From an uncultured Acetobacteraceae bacterium (GTDB lineage: Bacteria; Pseudomonadota; Alphaproteobacteria; Acetobacterales; Acetobacteraceae): DNA of 56,952 bases. The stretch spans positions 1 through 56,952 of the forward strand of contig CAXUNK010000002.1 in NCBI GenBank assembly GCA_964252425.1, in the 5' to 3' direction. The position numbers and the translations under genes were made by a program. The stretch's first letter is position 1. Each line of letters starts with the position of its first letter. This document shows positions 54,179-56,952 of the stretch, piece after piece. The notes below the pieces were generated by a model. It was not told where the DNA came from. It saw nothing but the letters and a program-made list of their open reading frames with translations, and made no database searches.

Positions 54179-55804
54179 TCACGCTGCCCATTGCCGCCCG
54201 ACGATAGCTGCGACTTGCCCCGCGGCCATCGTGATCGTCACGTCGCAGATCCTCAGCGGCTCGTTGCGATGGCTGACTATGAGGGCGCCCTGCCGACGTG
54301 AGGCCAGCCGGGCCTGCAGCCGCCGGACCACGGCCGTCTCGCTGGCGGCATCCAGGCCTTCGGTCGGTTCGTCGAGCAGCAACCAGGGCGCGTTGCGCAC
54401 ATAGGCACGCGCCAGCACCAGTCGGCGGCGCTCGCCTCCGGACAAGTTCATGCCGTTTTCGCCGATCCAGGTATCGAGACCCTGCGGCAACGCGCGCACG
54501 CGCTCATCGAGCACCGCATCGTGCAACGCGCCCCAGAGGACAGGCTCGGCCGCTGCCGGGTCGGCCAGCAGGAGGTTTTCGCGCACGGTGCCCGCCAGCA
54601 GGCCGGCCTCCTGCGGCGCGAGGGCAAACATCCGCCGCGCCGAACGGACGTCGACGCCCGCCAGATCCATGCCGCCGATGCTGATCGCTCTGGGCAGGGC
54701 AGGGCGGAGAGCCATCAGTGTCTCGAGCAGTGTGGTCTTGCCGCAGCCGGAGGGCCCCGTGATGCCCACGATCTGTCCCCGCCGAAACCGTGTGGCCAAG
54801 CCGGGCAACCCGAGCTCTGCGCCCGCCGGTGAGGAGCGCGGCCCCGTCGCCCGCGCCGGGCCAACGAGGACGTCAAGGCGATGCTGGGCGGCTTGCAGCC
54901 GACCACGGTGCTGTAGCACCCGTAGGACAGCGCCAAAACCCTCCACACTTGCCGCGGCGCCGAGCGCAGCCAAGGCTGCCAACGCCGGACCGCCTGGCCA
55001 CGCGAGCAGGAGCGCGCCGAAGACCGCCACCCCGCTGCCGGTGGCCAGCACAAGGTCATGCGCACCGCTTCCCGCGGTGACCCGGCTTTGTACCGCCAGC
55101 AACGCCGCCGACCGATCCCGCACGCGCTCGGCCGCCCATGCTTCCAAGCCGTAGGCCCGCAACTCGGGGGCTGCTGCGAGAACCGCGGCGACTTCGGCCC
55201 TCAGCGAACCTTGGGCGGACGGGATGCCACGGCCATGCTGGTCCAGCCTGGCCGCGAGAAGACGCGCTGCGATCAAAACCGCCGCCAGGATCGCCGTCAA
55301 AGCCGCAGCCGGTCGCGGGCCGGCGATCAGCATCAGCCCAACGCCGGATGCCCCAGCCATGGCCGCTCCGCACAGCGGGGCGCGCTGGACGAGCGCCGTT
55401 TCCATTTCGCCGACGTCCTGGACCAGACGGGCCGTCGCGTCGCCCGCCGCCCACGCCATCGCCTGGCTCGCCGGGGCGGCAGCCAAGGCTCGGAAGAGGG
55501 CCGGCCGGAGGTGAGACATGGCGCGCAACGCTGCATCGTGTCCAACGACCCGCTCGCCATACCGGCAGCCCGTGCGCAGGATCGCGAGCAGTCGTATTCC
55601 GGCGCTCGGCAGCAGGGCGTTGAAGGCTGCGGCGGCCGCTGTACCGGCGATCCCCGCCTCCGATGAAGCGGTGATGAACCAGCCGGACAGTCCCAGCAAT
55701 GCCACGCTGGCGCCGGCAGCGACGGCCGCAAATAAAGCTGCCCCCCAAAAGCGCCCCCGCTGCCGACGGCACTCGCCGGCGACCATGCGCGCCAGGGCGG
55801 TCAT
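54179..55804 (-). CDS. cydC: Thiol/heme ABC exporter subunit CydC
   Basis: LLGLSGWFI, RT..RYGER...HDAAL, Walker A GPSGCGKT, LSGGERRR, LLLDEPT. Confidence 0.88.
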   Translation of the reverse strand: MTALARMVAGECRRQRGRFWGAALFAAVAAGASVALLGLSGWFITASSEAGIAGTAAAAAFNALLPSAGIRLLAILRTGCRYGERVVGHDAALRAMSHLRPALFRALAAAPASQAMAWAAGDATARLVQDVGEMETALVQRAPLCGAAMAGASGVGLMLIAGPRPAAALTAILAAVLIAARLLAARLDQHGRGIPSAQGSLRAEVAAVLAAAPELRAYGLEAWAAERVRDRSAALLAVQSRVTAGSGAHDLVLATGSGVAVFGALLLAWPGGPALAALAALGAAASVEGFGAVLRVLQHRGRLQAAQHRLDVLVGPARATGPRSSPAGAELGLPGLATRFRRGQIVGITGPSGCGKTTLLETLMALRPALPRAISIGGMDLAGVDVRSARRMFALAPQEAGLLAGTVRENLLLADPAAAEPVLWGALHDAVLDERVRALPQGLDTWIGENGMNLSGGERRRLVLARAYVRNAPWLLLDEPTEGLDAASETAVVRRLQARLASRRQGALIVSHRNEPLRICDVTITMAAGQVAAIVGRQWAA

Positions 55805-56952
55805 CCTGCGCCCCCAAGGCGCACGACGTGGTCGGCAATGCGGGCGAGGGCGGCGGAATGGGTGGCGATGATCGTCGTGCGCCCAGCGGCAGCCTGGCGG
55901 ATCGCAAGGATCAGCGCGGCCTCTGCGGCCGCGTCCAGATGGGCGGTCGGTTCATCGAGCAGCAGGATAGGCGCTTGCTTCAGGAGCGCGCGGGCCAAGG
56001 CTATCCGACGGCGCTCCCCGCCTGACAGCCCCGTGCCGCGCTCGTCCACGTGCGCCTCCAGTCCTCCTGGCCGGGCGCGGAGGAGCGTGCATAAGCCCAC
56101 GCGGCCGGTTGCGGCCGCGATCTCCGACCGGTCGGCATCGCGGCGGGACAGGGCCACGTTGTCGCCGATGGTCCCCGGCATGATCACCGGGTTCTGTCCC
56201 ACCCAGGCGACCGAGCGCGTCCAGGATCCCGCCTCCCTGAGTGGCACCCCGCCCACCAGCACATCGCCACCGGTGAGCGGCGCCAGGCCCAGGAGCAGGT
56301 TCAGCGCCGTCGTCTTGCCGGATCCGCTTGGTCCGAGCAGCACCACGATCTCGCCGGGTCGCGCCTCGAGATCGAGGCGGTCGAGCGCTGGGCGGTCGTC
56401 GCCGGGATAGCGCACCGTGGCGGCCACGAAGCGGATGTGTGGCGCCTCGGACAGCACCGCTTGCGCAGGGGCGGATACCAAAGCTGCGCCTTCCAGCGCC
56501 ATCAACCGGTCCGCCGCGGTCTCCGCCGCCTGACGGTCGTGGTAGGCGGCGGCCAACCGGCGCATCGGGGCGTAGAACTCGGGCGCCAGCGCCAGCACGA
56601 AAAAGGCGCGGGCCAGGGTCAGATGCTCCGGCGCGGGGAACGGCAGCAATCCCAGCAGATCAAACCCGGCATAGACGGCCACCAGCGCCACCGACAGGGC
56701 CGCAAAGAACTCGAGCCCGGCCGACGAGATGAAGGCCGCCTTCAGCACGCCCATCGTGCGCCGGCGCAGCTCGTCCGCCGCGCCCGCCAGCCGGCGCGCC
56801 TGCGCCTGCTCGGCGCCGAAACACAGGATCGCCGGCAGCGCGCGTACCCGGTCGGCGAACATCGAGGCGAGCCGGGCGAGAGCGTCAAATTGGCGGCGGG
56901 ACTGGTCGGAAGCGGCCCCGCCGGCAAGTATCATCAAGGCCGTGAACGGCAC
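55801..56952 (-). CDS. cydD: Thiol/heme ABC exporter subunit CydD (5' end outside window)
   Basis: TM.VL..AF.SS..LEFF, L.LAPEFY.P.R.L...YH, GPSGSGKT, LSGGERRR; ATGA overlap with cydC. Confidence 0.9.
   Translation of the reverse strand: MPFTALMILAGGAASDQSRRQFDALARLASMFADRVRALPAILCFGAEQAQARRLAGAADELRRRTMGVLKAAFISSAGLEFFAALSVALVAVYAGFDLLGLLPFPAPEHLTLARAFFVLALAPEFYAPMRRLAAAYHDRQAAETAADRLMALEGAALVSAPAQAVLSEAPHIRFVAATVRYPGDDRPALDRLDLEARPGEIVVLLGPSGSGKTTALNLLLGLAPLTGGDVLVGGVPLREAGSWTRSVAWVGQNPVIMPGTIGDNVALSRRDADRSEIAAATGRVGLCTLLRARPGGLEAHVDERGTGLSGGERRRIALARALLKQAPILLLDEPTAHLDAAAEAALILAIRQAAAGRTTIIATHSAALARIADHVVRLGGAG

Noticed and set aside
476-56732. Many long antisense or alternate-frame ORFs (e.g. 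13917-15221, 18323-19417, 36292-37602, 52686-53711)
   Set aside because: Arg/Ala/Pro-rich shadows of real genes, expected at this GC content, with no motifs
54179-56952. cydDC without cydAB
   Set aside because: The operon runs off the window edge, so cydAB may lie just upstream

Overview
GC-rich alphaproteobacterial chromosome segment, most likely Acetobacteraceae-like (inferred from the stand-alone F0 operon with both b and b' subunits, the protein sequences and the A/T-rich palindromic repeats). About 52 genes are densely packed. Core genes: atpI-B-E-F2-F, trmB, clpP, a ROK kinase, an AceE-type pyruvate dehydrogenase E1, guaA and cydDC. Surface-glycan genes: a 1160-aa methyltransferase/coiled-coil/GT4/GT2 fusion, a GT2 split by an in-frame TAG, a membrane GT2, a sulfotransferase, and a HAD-UbiA/DprE1-like/GT87 operon. 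Also present: a Zur + TonB receptor pair with a clear Zur box, scattered general-stress genes with EcfG-type promoter motifs, and an accessory, partly decayed region after guaA (two CMD paralogues, a Ca-type beta-propeller, MFS and cupin remnants, a TetR/oxidoreductase pair). I found no tRNA, rRNA, CRISPR array, integrase or transposase. The most notable unexplained structure is a pair of 150-165-bp REPIN/MITE-like hairpin elements in inverted orientation bracketing a LysR-AhpD-PNPOx-DUF1348 cassette. All family calls come from recognising motifs by eye; no database search was run.
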